From Calditrichales bacterium (GTDB lineage Bacteria > Calditrichota > Calditrichia > Calditrichales > J004): DNA of 64,000 bases. Shown piece after piece: positions 38,698-48,553 of this stretch (positions within the stretch are counted from its first letter, which is position 1; the number at the start of each line of letters is the position of its first letter). Below the pieces are notes generated by a model. It was given only the letters and a program-made list of their open reading frames with translations, had not been told where the DNA came from and ran no database searches. The stretch covers positions 3,552,001 to 3,616,000 of the forward strand of contig OZ254086.1 in assembly GCA_965267575.1 (NCBI GenBank), read 5' to 3'. A program made the translations under genes and the position numbers.

Positions 38698-39945
38698 ATG
38701 AAACTGGCCATACTTTCACGCAGCCCCAATTGTTACAGCACGCGGCGTCTGCGCGAGGCCGCGGAGCAAAGGGGCCATAAAGTCAAGGTGCTTAACACGC
38801 TAAAATTTGCCATCGATCTGGCCAAGGGTGAGCCGGATCTTTATTACCGGCAAAAACGGCTGTCGCACTATGATGCCGTGCTTCCCAGGATCGGCGCGTC
38901 GGTTACCTATTTTGGCACGGCCGTCGTGCGCCAGTTCGCCCAGATGGATGTTTTCTGCGCCAACTCGTCGGCCGGTATTGCCAACTCGCGCGATAAGCTG
39001 CGTTGTCTGCAAATCCTCAGCCGCCACCACATCGGCATTCCCGAAACCACCTTTGTTCGCGATAAACGCGACGTCTTGCCGGCGATAGAGCGGGTGGGCG
39101 GCGCACCGGTGGTTATCAAACTGCTGGAAGGCACCCAGGGCATCGGCGTACTGCTGGCCGATACTGTCAAAACCGCCGAATCGATCATCGAACTGTTGCA
39201 AAGCCAGAAGCAAAACGTGCTGATCCAGAAATTTGTCGCCGAAAGCAAGGGCCGTGACATCCGCGCTTTTGTAGTGGGCGATCGCGTGGTGGGCGCGATG
39301 CGTCGTATGGCCCAGGGCCAGGAATTTCGCAGCAACGTGCATCGCGGCGGCATCACCGAAGCCGTAGAACTCAATGAGGAATATGAAGAAACGGCTGTCC
39401 GTGCGGCACAGATCATGGGACTGCGCATCGCCGGTGTCGATCTGCTGGAAGGCAAGGAAGGGCCGCAGGTTATGGAGATCAATTCATCGCCGGGGTTGGA
39501 GGGAATCGAGGGCTGCACGCAGCTTGATATAGCCGGAGCCATTATTGACTATATCGCCGCCCATGTCGATTTTCCTGATATCGATCTGCGCCAGCGCCTG
39601 ACGGTAAGCAGCGGTTACGGCGTTACGGAAATCCAGATTCATGAAGGATCCACCTATATCGGCAAAACCATTGCCGAGTCCGGATTGCGCGAACACGACA
39701 TAAATGTGCTGACCCTTTACCGCGGAACGCATGTTATCCCCAACCCGCGCCCATACCGCAAACTGGAAGATGGCGACCGGCTGCTTTGTTTCGGCAAGCT
39801 GGAGCTTATGCGGGATTTGATTCCCACAAAGACACGGCGCAAACGTCGGCCAAAAATAAAAGAATTGCCCGATTTGCCCGGAACAAAAGAAATATACCGT
39901 GCCCCTGAAGCAGTTAGCGGGGAGAAAGCACCTGAGGAAGATTAA
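38698..39945 (+). CDS. rimK: RimK-family alpha-L-glutamate ligase with C-terminal TrkA-C (RCK_C) domain
   Basis: YSTRRL, PRIGAS, KLLEGTQGIGV, FRSNVHRGG and EINSSPGLEGIE motifs; tail IGKTIAESGLRE...IPNP...LEDGDRL. Confidence 0.92.
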   Translation: MKLAILSRSPNCYSTRRLREAAEQRGHKVKVLNTLKFAIDLAKGEPDLYYRQKRLSHYDAVLPRIGASVTYFGTAVVRQFAQMDVFCANSSAGIANSRDKLRCLQILSRHHIGIPETTFVRDKRDVLPAIERVGGAPVVIKLLEGTQGIGVLLADTVKTAESIIELLQSQKQNVLIQKFVAESKGRDIRAFVVGDRVVGAMRRMAQGQEFRSNVHRGGITEAVELNEEYEETAVRAAQIMGLRIAGVDLLEGKEGPQVMEINSSPGLEGIEGCTQLDIAGAIIDYIAAHVDFPDIDLRQRLTVSSGYGVTEIQIHEGSTYIGKTIAESGLREHDINVLTLYRGTHVIPNPRPYRKLEDGDRLLCFGKLELMRDLIPTKTRRKRRPKIKELPDLPGTKEIYRAPEAVSGEKAPEED

Positions 39946-39950
39946 AAAAC

Positions 39951-41033
39951 ATGGTAAGACGCCTGAAAAGAAAGCCGATCGGTGAATGGTTCGGCGAGGA
40001 GATTGCCCCCGGGGAATCGCGCAATGTACACCTGCCGGTAAGCGAAAGTTACAGCGGCATGACCGTGCGCATACCGCTTCATATCCGCCGCGCTGCCGAA
40101 CCCGGCCCCGTGGTATTTGTAACTGCGGCATTGCATGGTGACGAAATAAACGGCACGGGCGCTATCCGCCATCTTATTCACGATCCTGAACTTGTACTAA
40201 AACGGGGCGCGCTGGTCCTTGTGCCGGTTTTGAATATTCTGGCGTTTGAACGTCATGACCGCTACCTGCCGGACCGGCGTGATCTTAACCGCTCGTTCCC
40301 CGGCGCGGCGACGGGCAGCCTTGCTGCGCGCATGGCCCGCCTTATTTTTGATGAGATTGTTTCACGCTGCGATTATGGGATTGACCTGCACACGGCCGCT
40401 GTTCGACGCACCAACTATCCCAACGTGCGCGGTGATCTCAAAAACGCCCACGTTCGCAAGCTGTGCGAAGCTTTTGGCGCCGAACTGATCATGGATGGCA
40501 AGGGTCCGGCCCATGCGCTGAGACGTGAGGCCTGCAAGGCCGGCTGCCCGACGATCATCATGGAGGGCGGGGAAGTGTGGAAGGTGGAGCCGGGCGTGTT
40601 GGCTTATGCCGTACGCGGCGTTAAGAACGTGCTTCGCGCCCTGGAGATGTTGGATACACCGCCGGAAGAACCGCCTTATAAGATCGTCATCGAGAAATCG
40701 AAATGGATTCGCGCCGACCGTGGCGGCTTTATGCAATTTCACATCCGTCCCGGGGATTTGGTTGAAAAAGGGCAGGCCCTGGCCACAAACACAACATTGC
40801 TGGGCGACGCCCAGAACACAATTTACGCGCCGTTTGATGGCGTTGTGATCGGTATGACCAGCCTACCGGCTACGGGACCCGGGGAGGCGCTGTGCCACCT
40901 GGGCAAACTGCCGGACGGCTATGATCCCGGGGATTTGCGCCGCAGAAGGTTCGAAGCCGAAGGGTTGGGCCAGCAGGTTTCCAATGAACTGGGAACAAGT
41001 ATGCTTCTTTTTGACCATGACAATGATAAGTAA
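39951..41033 (+). CDS. Succinylglutamate desuccinylase/aspartoacylase (M14-like) family protein
   Basis: HGDEING, RDLNRSFPG, IDLHT and EGGE motifs. Confidence 0.92.
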   Translation: MVRRLKRKPIGEWFGEEIAPGESRNVHLPVSESYSGMTVRIPLHIRRAAEPGPVVFVTAALHGDEINGTGAIRHLIHDPELVLKRGALVLVPVLNILAFERHDRYLPDRRDLNRSFPGAATGSLAARMARLIFDEIVSRCDYGIDLHTAAVRRTNYPNVRGDLKNAHVRKLCEAFGAELIMDGKGPAHALRREACKAGCPTIIMEGGEVWKVEPGVLAYAVRGVKNVLRALEMLDTPPEEPPYKIVIEKSKWIRADRGGFMQFHIRPGDLVEKGQALATNTTLLGDAQNTIYAPFDGVVIGMTSLPATGPGEALCHLGKLPDGYDPGDLRRRRFEAEGLGQQVSNELGTSMLLFDHDNDK

Positions 41034-41051
41034 AGCCAACCAGGGGGCGGT

Positions 41052-41492
41052 ATGAAAAAAACAGATCCGTTGATAGTCGTTGAAGAAGTTTATAACTGTA
41101 GTCCGGAAAAAGTATGGAATGCTTTGACCAACCCCGACGAAATGCGCCGCTGGTATTTTGACAATATTCCTGATTTTAAAGCCATAACAGGTTTTGAAAC
41201 ACGATTCGACATTAAAAATGAAGGACGGTTGTTCCGCCACCAATGGCGGGTGAAAAAAGTCGAAAGGCAGCGTAAACTGATTTATAACTGGACTTATGAA
41301 CATTATCAGGGTTCATCGGACGCGGTTTTCGAACTTACGCCTCAAGACAATGGCAAAACCCGACTTCGGCTTTCGGTAGAGGTATTAGAAGATTTCCCCG
41401 ATGATGTGCCGGAATTTGATCGCCAAAGCTGTATCGCTGGCTGGGAGTATTTTTTAAACGAAAGACTTAAAAACTACCTCGGGAATGAATAG
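41052..41492 (+). CDS. SRPBCC/AHSA1-like domain protein
   Basis: PEKVWNALT.P and GWEYFL motifs. Confidence 0.88.
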   Translation: MKKTDPLIVVEEVYNCSPEKVWNALTNPDEMRRWYFDNIPDFKAITGFETRFDIKNEGRLFRHQWRVKKVERQRKLIYNWTYEHYQGSSDAVFELTPQDNGKTRLRLSVEVLEDFPDDVPEFDRQSCIAGWEYFLNERLKNYLGNE

Positions 41493-41603
41493 CTGTCTCG
41501 GGGTCTGGTGGTCTTGATGTCAGGCAGTCCTGAGATCAAGATTCCTTAACACTTTAACACTTTAACACTTTAACACCTTAACACATTAGTACATCACCAC
41601 ACT
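41493..41603 (-). repeat. Composite short tandem repeat, second copy
   Basis: Minus strand after the acr3 stop: (AAAGTGTT)n, AATCTT GATCTC, then GGACTGCC TGACATCA AGACCACC AGACCCCG AGAC. Confidence 0.85.
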
Positions 41604-42680
41604 TCAGCACTTTTTTATATCAACCGAAGCCGGCGCAGGCGTTTTGAAATATTTTCTCTGAAACCACAAAGCCACGTTTACCAGCGCGATCAGAACGGGC
41701 ACCTCTACCAGCGGACCGATGACAGCCGCAAAGGCTTCCCCGGAATTGATGCCGAAAACAGCGATGGCCACAGCAATGGCCAGCTCGAAATTATTGCTGG
41801 CGGCCGTAAAAGAGAGCGTCGCCGATTTTGAATAATCCGCTCCCACTTTTTTGCTCATAAAAAACGAAACCAGGAACATCACCACAAAATAAATCAAAAG
41901 CGGAATCGCTATCCTGACCACATCAAGGGGTATTTTTACGATGTATTCACCTTTCAAAGAAAACATCACCAGGATTGTAAAGAGCAGGGCGATCAGCGTG
42001 ATGGGGCTGATGCGCGGGATAAAGCTTTTGTGGTACCATTCCTTGCTTTTAGCTTTTATCAAAGAAAAGCGCGTTACAATTCCCGCGATGAACGGTATGC
42101 CCAGATAAATAAAAACGCTTTCGGCGATTTCAGCCATGGTGATATTAACATCTGTCCCGACAAGGCCAAACCATGTGGGCAATATGGTAATAAAGACATA
42201 GGCGTAAACGGAAAAAAACAGCACCTGGAAAACGGAATTAAAGGCCACAAGCCCGGCGGCGTATTCGGTATCGCCTTTCGCCAGCTCGTTCCAGACGATG
42301 ACCATGGCAATGCAGCGCGCCAGGCCGATCAGGATCAAGCCGTACATATAAGAGGGGTAATCGCTCAGGAAAAGAACGGCCAGGGCAAACATCAGTATGG
42401 GGCCGATGAGCCAGTTTTGCACCATCGACAGCGCAAGGATCTTCCAATTACGAAACACTTTGCCAAGGTCTTCATAGCGCACTTTTGCCAGCGGCGGGTA
42501 CATCATCAAAATAAGGCCGGCGGCAATGGCGATGTTGGTTGTGCCGGACTGGAAAATATTCCAGAAATTGACAATGTCCGGGAACATGTAGCCCGAGAAC
42601 ACACCGGCAAACATGGCAGCAAAAATCCACAGTGTTAAATAGCGATCAAGAAAAGAGAGTCCTTTGGAAACAGATTTCAT
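41604..42680 (-). CDS. acr3: ACR3-family arsenite efflux transporter
   Basis: [36 protein letters not shown] and GPLVEVP motifs. Confidence 0.97.
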   Translation of the reverse strand: MKSVSKGLSFLDRYLTLWIFAAMFAGVFSGYMFPDIVNFWNIFQSGTTNIAIAAGLILMMYPPLAKVRYEDLGKVFRNWKILALSMVQNWLIGPILMFALAVLFLSDYPSYMYGLILIGLARCIAMVIVWNELAKGDTEYAAGLVAFNSVFQVLFFSVYAYVFITILPTWFGLVGTDVNITMAEIAESVFIYLGIPFIAGIVTRFSLIKAKSKEWYHKSFIPRISPITLIALLFTILVMFSLKGEYIVKIPLDVVRIAIPLLIYFVVMFLVSFFMSKKVGADYSKSATLSFTAASNNFELAIAVAIAVFGINSGEAFAAVIGPLVEVPVLIALVNVALWFQRKYFKTPAPASVDIKKC

Positions 42681-42681
42681 T

Positions 42682-43113
42682 TCATCCTGCTTGGTTATTA
42701 ATGTGTGTTGTATAAAAGGTCTTAAAGTCTCGTTTAATCTCGTCCCTCACTTTGCGGAAAATTTTCAGGACCTCGTCTTCATTCCCCGTTGCCTCCGCGG
42801 GATCTTCAAATCCAATGTGGAGCTGCTTTTTGACTTCCCCGTGAAATAACGGACATGTTTCCTTTGCATTATCGCATACTGTAATTACAAAATCCCATGT
42901 TTTATCGAGATAATCGTCAACATTCTCCGGTTTGCCGTCGCTAATGTCAATGCCCAGTTCGCCCATAACCCTTATCGCGTAGGGGTGAACGCGGCCGGAA
43001 GGATGCGTGCCGGCAGAACGTACCAGAAGTGTCTCATCAAAAGCGCGAAGAAAACCCTCGGCCATCTGGCTGCGGCAAGAATTGCCGGTACATAAAATCA
43101 AAATACTTTTCAC
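42682..43113 (-). CDS. arsC: Arsenate reductase, LMW-PTP/thioredoxin type
   Basis: [22 protein letters not shown] and FEDP motifs. Confidence 0.95.
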   Translation of the reverse strand: MKSILILCTGNSCRSQMAEGFLRAFDETLLVRSAGTHPSGRVHPYAIRVMGELGIDISDGKPENVDDYLDKTWDFVITVCDNAKETCPLFHGEVKKQLHIGFEDPAEATGNEDEVLKIFRKVRDEIKRDFKTFYTTHINNQAG

Positions 43114-43122
43114 AGATACTCC

Positions 43123-43470
43123 TTAGTCTATCCCGCAAATGACATTGCGGTCTATCGTTTGCACTTTTTGCTTATCCGAAAGCAAAACTTCGTCCGCCGG
43201 AATCCGGGTTGCCAGAAAATTTAAAAACGCGTTTTGCAGGGAGCCCGTCTCAGAACTATTTAGTTTATAATTTACCCATTTTCCGTCTTTTTCAGCTTCA
43301 ATAAGGTCTGCTTCCCGGAGTATGGAAAGATGTTTTGAGACTGTTGAAGTGGCCAGCTGTAATATCTCAACGATTTCGCAGACACACAGCGGTCTTACCT
43401 CCAGCATTTTTACTATGCGCAGGCGGTTCGTGTCGGACAACGCTTTAAATAATTTGGTCGATTGTTTCAT
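43123..43470 (-). CDS. arsR: ArsR/SmtB transcriptional repressor
   Basis: FKALSD.NRLRI, LCVCEI and STVSKHLSIL motifs. Confidence 0.95.
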   Translation of the reverse strand: MKQSTKLFKALSDTNRLRIVKMLEVRPLCVCEIVEILQLATSTVSKHLSILREADLIEAEKDGKWVNYKLNSSETGSLQNAFLNFLATRIPADEVLLSDKQKVQTIDRNVICGID

Positions 43471-43475
43471 ATATC

Positions 43476-43495
43476 ATTTCGTTATTTGGCGAAAT
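43476..43495. promoter_or_regulatory. Probable ArsR operator
   Basis: Inverted repeat ATTTCG-N8-CGAAAT 5 bp upstream of the arsR ATG. Confidence 0.6.
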
Positions 43496-43673
43496 ATAAA
43501 TATGTATATGTTCAGGTTCAATATCTGATTGAATTTCTCATTAAAATTTAACGGAGTGCAGATTTCTATGAGTGTGTTAAGAAATGCACACCTCAAATTG
43601 GCATTTTCTGTTATAATTAAGTTCATAGCTTTTAACGATACGATTCTTCCAAAAACAAAAGCAGGGTACCATT

Positions 43674-45830
43674 ATGAGGATAACCATCGCCTACAATCTG
43701 CGCACCGATGACACGGAAGCCACGGCTGAGCTTTTATCCACGGAGGACATAAACCGCATCGAACAGGCCATAAGCAGCTTGCAGCATACGGTTACCGTTG
43801 TTGAAGTTTCCGGGAAGCCCAATGAAGTGGTCGATCGTATTCTCGATAGCGAACCGGACCTGGTCTTTAACCTGGCCGAGGGTACAATCGGCAGTTCGCG
43901 CGAAGCGTTTTATCCGGGATTGTATGAACAAATGGGTATACCATTTACCGGCGGTAACGCGTCGCTGCTACACCTCAACCTGGATAAGCATTTAGCAAAA
44001 ACCGTATTGGCTTCACGCGGAATTGCCGTTCCCAAGGGTGTGCTGGTTACGGAAAAAGAACGCGGCCTGCCGGATGACCTGCAGTATCCGCTTATGATCA
44101 AACCCAACTCCGAGGGTTCAAGTAAAGGGATTACGCAGGACTCCGTTGTGGAAACGCCTGAACAGGCCAACAAAAAAATCGGCAAACTGCTGGGTTCGTA
44201 TCCCGCCGGCCTGGTTGTGGAGGAATTTATTGGCGGGCAGGAATTAAGCGTTCCGCTTGTAGAAAGCTATCCCGGCAAACTGCTGGATATTGTGGAGCAC
44301 ACGTTTGATTTGTCGAAAATTGGTGGCAAGTACAATATTTACGATTACGAAATGAAGCAGGGCGGTGAAGCGGCAAAATCGGTAAGCGTGGTTTGCCCGG
44401 CGGATGTGACGCCGCAACAGGAAAAGGCTGTAAAGGAGATGGCCAGAAGCGTCTTTGAGATTATGTCCTGTCCCGATATGGGCCGTGTGGATATCCGCCT
44501 GCATACAAACGGGCAGCCATATTTTATTGAATTAAATCCTTTGCCCAGCTTACATCCGGCGGCATCGTTGATGACCGCCGCGCGTAACCGCGGACTGGAG
44601 TTTCGCGACGTGATGCGTTTGATCATTCGTTCAGCGGCAAGACGCTACGGCCTGGCCATCCGTCCGGCTAAAAAGGCTATAAAGACCGATAGACCTTCGG
44701 AAGTGCCACGGCCCAGCGCTCGTGAACTCGGTATTCGTACAGGGCGAATGCGGCCCGGCGTGCAAAACGCGATTACCGATGTAAAGGGCGTACGCGTGGG
44801 ACATTTAACGCGCATTGAAGACGACGTACAGATTCCCGGGGGAACGGAAACAAGCAGCATTCGTGCCGGCGTCACGGCCATATTGCCCGCGGGCCAGGCT
44901 TACTCCAATCGACTGGCGGCAGGTGGATTTGTGCTTAACGGCGTTGGAGAAATGGCCGGCCTGACGCAGGTTTTGGAAACAGGCTGGCTGGAAACCCCCA
45001 TTTTATTGACAAACTCCCACTCCGTGGGTCGTGTACACGCCGGCGTTATTAATCACATGGCAAAAAAATATCCGCGCCTGGGTACCGAAAGCGACGTTGT
45101 TTTGCCGGTAGTAGGCGAAGCTGATGACTCCTTTTTGAATGATGTGAGAGTCGGCAGCTGCAGCGCGCAGGATGCCATTAAAGCAATTGAATCGGCTAAA
45201 ACGGGTTCGGTTCTCCAGGGCTCGGTCGGCGCAGGTGCCGGCATGACCAGTTTTGACTTCGCCGGTGGCATTGGCACGGCTTCGCGCGCTTTTGATTTAC
45301 CCGAGGGTCATGCATTTACGATTGGTGTTCTGGTATTATCCAATTTCGGCAAAATGCGCAACCTTACGATTGACGGTGCCGTCGTAGGCCGCCAGCTTGA
45401 TACCGAGTTTGACCGAGCCGGACGGCGCGAAGTATCCGAAGGCTCAGTGATTGTGGTCGTAGCCACCGACGTACCCTTGATCAGCAGTCAGCTGAATCAC
45501 CTCTCCAAAAGAGCTGCGCTTGGATTAGGTCGTACCGGTTCTTATGCCGCCTCATCCAGCGGGGAAATTATCATTGCCTTCAGTACGGGAAATCGTAAAC
45601 CGCGGCCAAGCCGCTCCGGCGATCACCTGATTAATCTTAAACTGATCAGCGAATACCACATTAATACGCTTTACGAAGCCGTTATCGAAGCGACCGAAGA
45701 AGCTGTATTGAATTCTGTATTTTGCTCCAACGGAATGAGCGGACGCCAGGAGCGATGGTGCCCGCCGCTGCCGCATGAGCGCGTGGTGGAACTTTTAACG
45801 AAGGGAAGGGAAATCCATGAAAGTCATTGA
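43674..45830 (+). CDS. Fusion: D-Ala-D-Ala-ligase-like ATP-grasp domain + DmpA/P1 (S58) aminopeptidase
   Basis: N-half: VFNLAEG, IPFTG, KPNSEGSSKGI, EEFI, RVDIR, ELNPLP. C-half: NAITDV.GVRVGH, GSVGAG.GM, GGIGTASR and autocleavage site EG|SVIVVVATD. Confidence 0.88.
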   Translation: MRITIAYNLRTDDTEATAELLSTEDINRIEQAISSLQHTVTVVEVSGKPNEVVDRILDSEPDLVFNLAEGTIGSSREAFYPGLYEQMGIPFTGGNASLLHLNLDKHLAKTVLASRGIAVPKGVLVTEKERGLPDDLQYPLMIKPNSEGSSKGITQDSVVETPEQANKKIGKLLGSYPAGLVVEEFIGGQELSVPLVESYPGKLLDIVEHTFDLSKIGGKYNIYDYEMKQGGEAAKSVSVVCPADVTPQQEKAVKEMARSVFEIMSCPDMGRVDIRLHTNGQPYFIELNPLPSLHPAASLMTAARNRGLEFRDVMRLIIRSAARRYGLAIRPAKKAIKTDRPSEVPRPSARELGIRTGRMRPGVQNAITDVKGVRVGHLTRIEDDVQIPGGTETSSIRAGVTAILPAGQAYSNRLAAGGFVLNGVGEMAGLTQVLETGWLETPILLTNSHSVGRVHAGVINHMAKKYPRLGTESDVVLPVVGEADDSFLNDVRVGSCSAQDAIKAIESAKTGSVLQGSVGAGAGMTSFDFAGGIGTASRAFDLPEGHAFTIGVLVLSNFGKMRNLTIDGAVVGRQLDTEFDRAGRREVSEGSVIVVVATDVPLISSQLNHLSKRAALGLGRTGSYAASSSGEIIIAFSTGNRKPRPSRSGDHLINLKLISEYHINTLYEAVIEATEEAVLNSVFCSNGMSGRQERWCPPLPHERVVELLTKGREIHESH

Positions 45831-46827
45831 AAAGTATAATGACAGTATGCACAATCCATACTGGAAATACCAGCTTGGGCCGGAAGCTTATGAAGTAAAG
45901 GACACACCCAAGAGAGTTGAAAGCATAAAACGTGCCTTGCGAGGTGATGACAACTTTGAGTTTGTTACGGCGAAACGTTTTCCGGATCGTTTGATCACGC
46001 GTATCCACCCCTATCATGATTATATCTTTAATACCGCGAAGAGCCTTAAAGACGACGATGAAGAATTTTATCCCGATTTGTTCCCCGGCGAAGGCGCACA
46101 TTTGGCCAAAAAGATTGATGCGCCGTTATGGGGCGGTATTTGGTGCACCGATGCCGTTACGCCGATTAAGAAAAAGACCTATGAGGTAGCCCGGGCGTCC
46201 GCAGAAACAGCCTTGACCGGTGCGGAGCTGATACGTGATCAAAAAGAAGATGTGGTGTATGCCCTATGCCGGCCTTCGGGTCACCATGCCGGGCCACGGG
46301 TTTTTGGCGGTTATTGCTATTTCAATAACGCGGCCACGGCTGCCGAGTTTTTGCTGCCCGACGGCAAAGTCGCGATCGTCGATATAGATTATCATCACGG
46401 CAATGGGACGCAGGAGTTTTTTGACGAAACCAAATCGGTTTTTACTGCCTCTATCCACGGTGATCCGGAAGTTGAATATCCCTATTTCTGGGGATACGTA
46501 GAAGAAAAAGGCAAAGGCCAGGGTATTGGCACGAACCTTAATGAACCGCTGCCCAAAGGCACGGGCATGGCAGAATTCAGCAAAGCGGTGGAAAGAATCG
46601 CTGACGCAATCCGTTCCTTTGATCCCTCATTTCTGATCATTGCCGCCGGTTTTGACACGCACGTCACGGACCCGATTGGCGGCTTTAAGCTGAAAACGGA
46701 AGACTATGTTACATTGGGCAAGCAATTCAAGGCTCTCGGCCTGCCCACACTTGTCTGTCAGGAAGGCGGCTACAACGTGGATGTGCTGGGTGATTGCGTT
46801 AAGAATTATCTTACGGGACTGATGTAA
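45817..46827 (+). CDS. Histone deacetylase family protein (acetylpolyamine amidohydrolase-like)
   Basis: RPSGHHA, GGYCYFNN, DIDYHHGNGTQ, GFDTH and EGGY motifs; overlaps the upstream gene by 14 bp. Confidence 0.92.
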   Translation: MKVIEKYNDSMHNPYWKYQLGPEAYEVKDTPKRVESIKRALRGDDNFEFVTAKRFPDRLITRIHPYHDYIFNTAKSLKDDDEEFYPDLFPGEGAHLAKKIDAPLWGGIWCTDAVTPIKKKTYEVARASAETALTGAELIRDQKEDVVYALCRPSGHHAGPRVFGGYCYFNNAATAAEFLLPDGKVAIVDIDYHHGNGTQEFFDETKSVFTASIHGDPEVEYPYFWGYVEEKGKGQGIGTNLNEPLPKGTGMAEFSKAVERIADAIRSFDPSFLIIAAGFDTHVTDPIGGFKLKTEDYVTLGKQFKALGLPTLVCQEGGYNVDVLGDCVKNYLTGLM

Positions 46828-46923
46828 TATCATAATACAGATTAGATTGCTTTGCGCGTATTTTACTTACATAGTCCATAGTTATTTTGTAGCTTGCTAA
46901 GGTTGCATCAAAAAGGCCTGACT

Positions 46924-47301
46924 ATGCCGGTGCGAGTTGATATCAGGAAGGATGAAAATCTGACCATATTTACCGCCAGCGGTGAGCTTACTTTCTCCGA
47001 GCAGATGGACGCGCTCCGGTCATTCTATGATGGCGAGCCTACCCCTTATGTTATTTGGGATTTCAGGCAAATTAGCGGCAACAGGATTTCTTCCGCTGAA
47101 CTGCGGAATATTATCGAATTTGTCAAACGGCATACGCAAAAACGTACCACAGGCCGCACCGCCCTGGTAACATCTTCGGACCTGGATTTCGGTCTTTCAC
47201 GGATGGGCGCCATCATCTCTGACCTGGAATTATTACCCTGGACAATAAGGCCGTTCCGCGACCTTGACGAGGCCCTTAATTGGATCAGCCAACATAAATA
47301 G
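46924..47301 (+). CDS. Hypothetical protein, SpoIIAA/STAS-SEC14-like
   Basis: VIWDFR, RTALV..SDLDFGLSRM and FRDLDEALNWI motifs. Confidence 0.65.
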   Translation: MPVRVDIRKDENLTIFTASGELTFSEQMDALRSFYDGEPTPYVIWDFRQISGNRISSAELRNIIEFVKRHTQKRTTGRTALVTSSDLDFGLSRMGAIISDLELLPWTIRPFRDLDEALNWISQHK

Positions 47302-47338
47302 AATTAATCTGCTCATAGTACACATACCTATAGAGATA

Positions 47339-48553
47339 TTAAACCTTCACAATTTTTTCCAATTGATCAAACTCAATTAAGAACGCGTCATGACCATGTA
47401 TTGAATCTATCTCGGCATAGCTTGCTTTGGGAATGGCGGCCGCTATCTGCCTCTGCTCGCCGGCCGGATAAAGCACGTCGCTATTGATACCTATGCATAG
47501 GGTTTTTGCCTTTATCGAACCCAGTGTTTCATCCAAACTGCCACGGCCACGCGCCACATCATGGCTGTCCATGGCGCGCGTGATAGCGATGTAGCTGTTG
47601 GCGTCGAAACGCTTAACCAGCTTTTTACCCTGGTATTGCAGATAGCTTTCTATCTGGTAGCGGGGCGTATTATCAAAGGGCCCGGGTGAGCTGCCGTTGC
47701 CATTTCCGTTCAGCGTTTCGCGTCCCTGGCGCTGCTGAAAAGAGAGCGGGCTGCGGTATGTAACCATCGCAATAGCCCGTGCCAGTGCCAGACCATCCCG
47801 CGGTTGCTGCGTGTAGCGGCCGTTTTTCCACGCCGGATCATTCATGATGGCCATGCGCGCGCTTTCATTCAGCCCGATGGCCCATGGCGAGTGCTGTGCC
47901 GCTGTTGCAATCGGTACGATTGTTTCAACAAAATCCGGAAAACACAACGCCCACTCCAGCACCTGCATGCCTCCCAGGGAACCGCCGATGACGTATTGCA
48001 GCCGTGTAACGCCCAGAGCGTCCAGCAGGCGTTTTTGCAGATGTACCATATCACGTATTGTAATTGCCGGGAAGTCTATCGCGTACGGTTTTCCTGTTTC
48101 GGGATTGCTTTCGGCGGGACCGCTTGTGCCGTAGCAACTGCCCAGAATATTGCTGCAAATGACGCTGTATTTTGTCGTATCCAAGACTTTGCCCGGGCCG
48201 ATTAGCGGATCCCACCAGCCGGATTGTTCGGCAGCAAGGGGCGTAAACGGGCTGGTTGAACGTGCCCGTTTCAGGCTTCCGGGTAAAGGCTCCGCAGGCA
48301 GGTCTGCGGCATGGGCGCTGCCGGTGAGGGCGTGACAAACCAGGATGGCATTATCTCCGGCGGCATTTAGCGCGCCGTATTGCTCATAAGCTATCTTTGC
48401 CGCTGCCAGCGATTGCCCGGACTCCAATACAAACGGATCTCCGGGCGCAGCCAGTTCGACGACATTGGACGTAGCCATCATTGAGTTTTGCTCAATATGG
48501 TCAACTGCATTTTCATTGCCCTCGTGTTCAGGCGCTTTGAATAAGTGATTCAT
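47339..48553 (-). CDS. metX: Homoserine O-acetyltransferase
   Basis: CHALTG, GWWD.LIGPG, GGSLGGM, RFDANSY and HGHDAFL motifs. Confidence 0.95.
   Translation of the reverse strand: MNHLFKAPEHEGNENAVDHIEQNSMMATSNVVELAAPGDPFVLESGQSLAAAKIAYEQYGALNAAGDNAILVCHALTGSAHAADLPAEPLPGSLKRARSTSPFTPLAAEQSGWWDPLIGPGKVLDTTKYSVICSNILGSCYGTSGPAESNPETGKPYAIDFPAITIRDMVHLQKRLLDALGVTRLQYVIGGSLGGMQVLEWALCFPDFVETIVPIATAAQHSPWAIGLNESARMAIMNDPAWKNGRYTQQPRDGLALARAIAMVTYRSPLSFQQRQGRETLNGNGNGSSPGPFDNTPRYQIESYLQYQGKKLVKRFDANSYIAITRAMDSHDVARGRGSLDETLGSIKAKTLCIGINSDVLYPAGEQRQIAAAIPKASYAEIDSIHGHDAFLIEFDQLEKIVKV

Noticed and set aside
43674..44650. Calling this gene ddl or a van resistance ligase
   Set aside because: It is fused to a peptidase, lacks the GGxSxE and LHG motifs of true Ddl, and has no mur or van neighbours.
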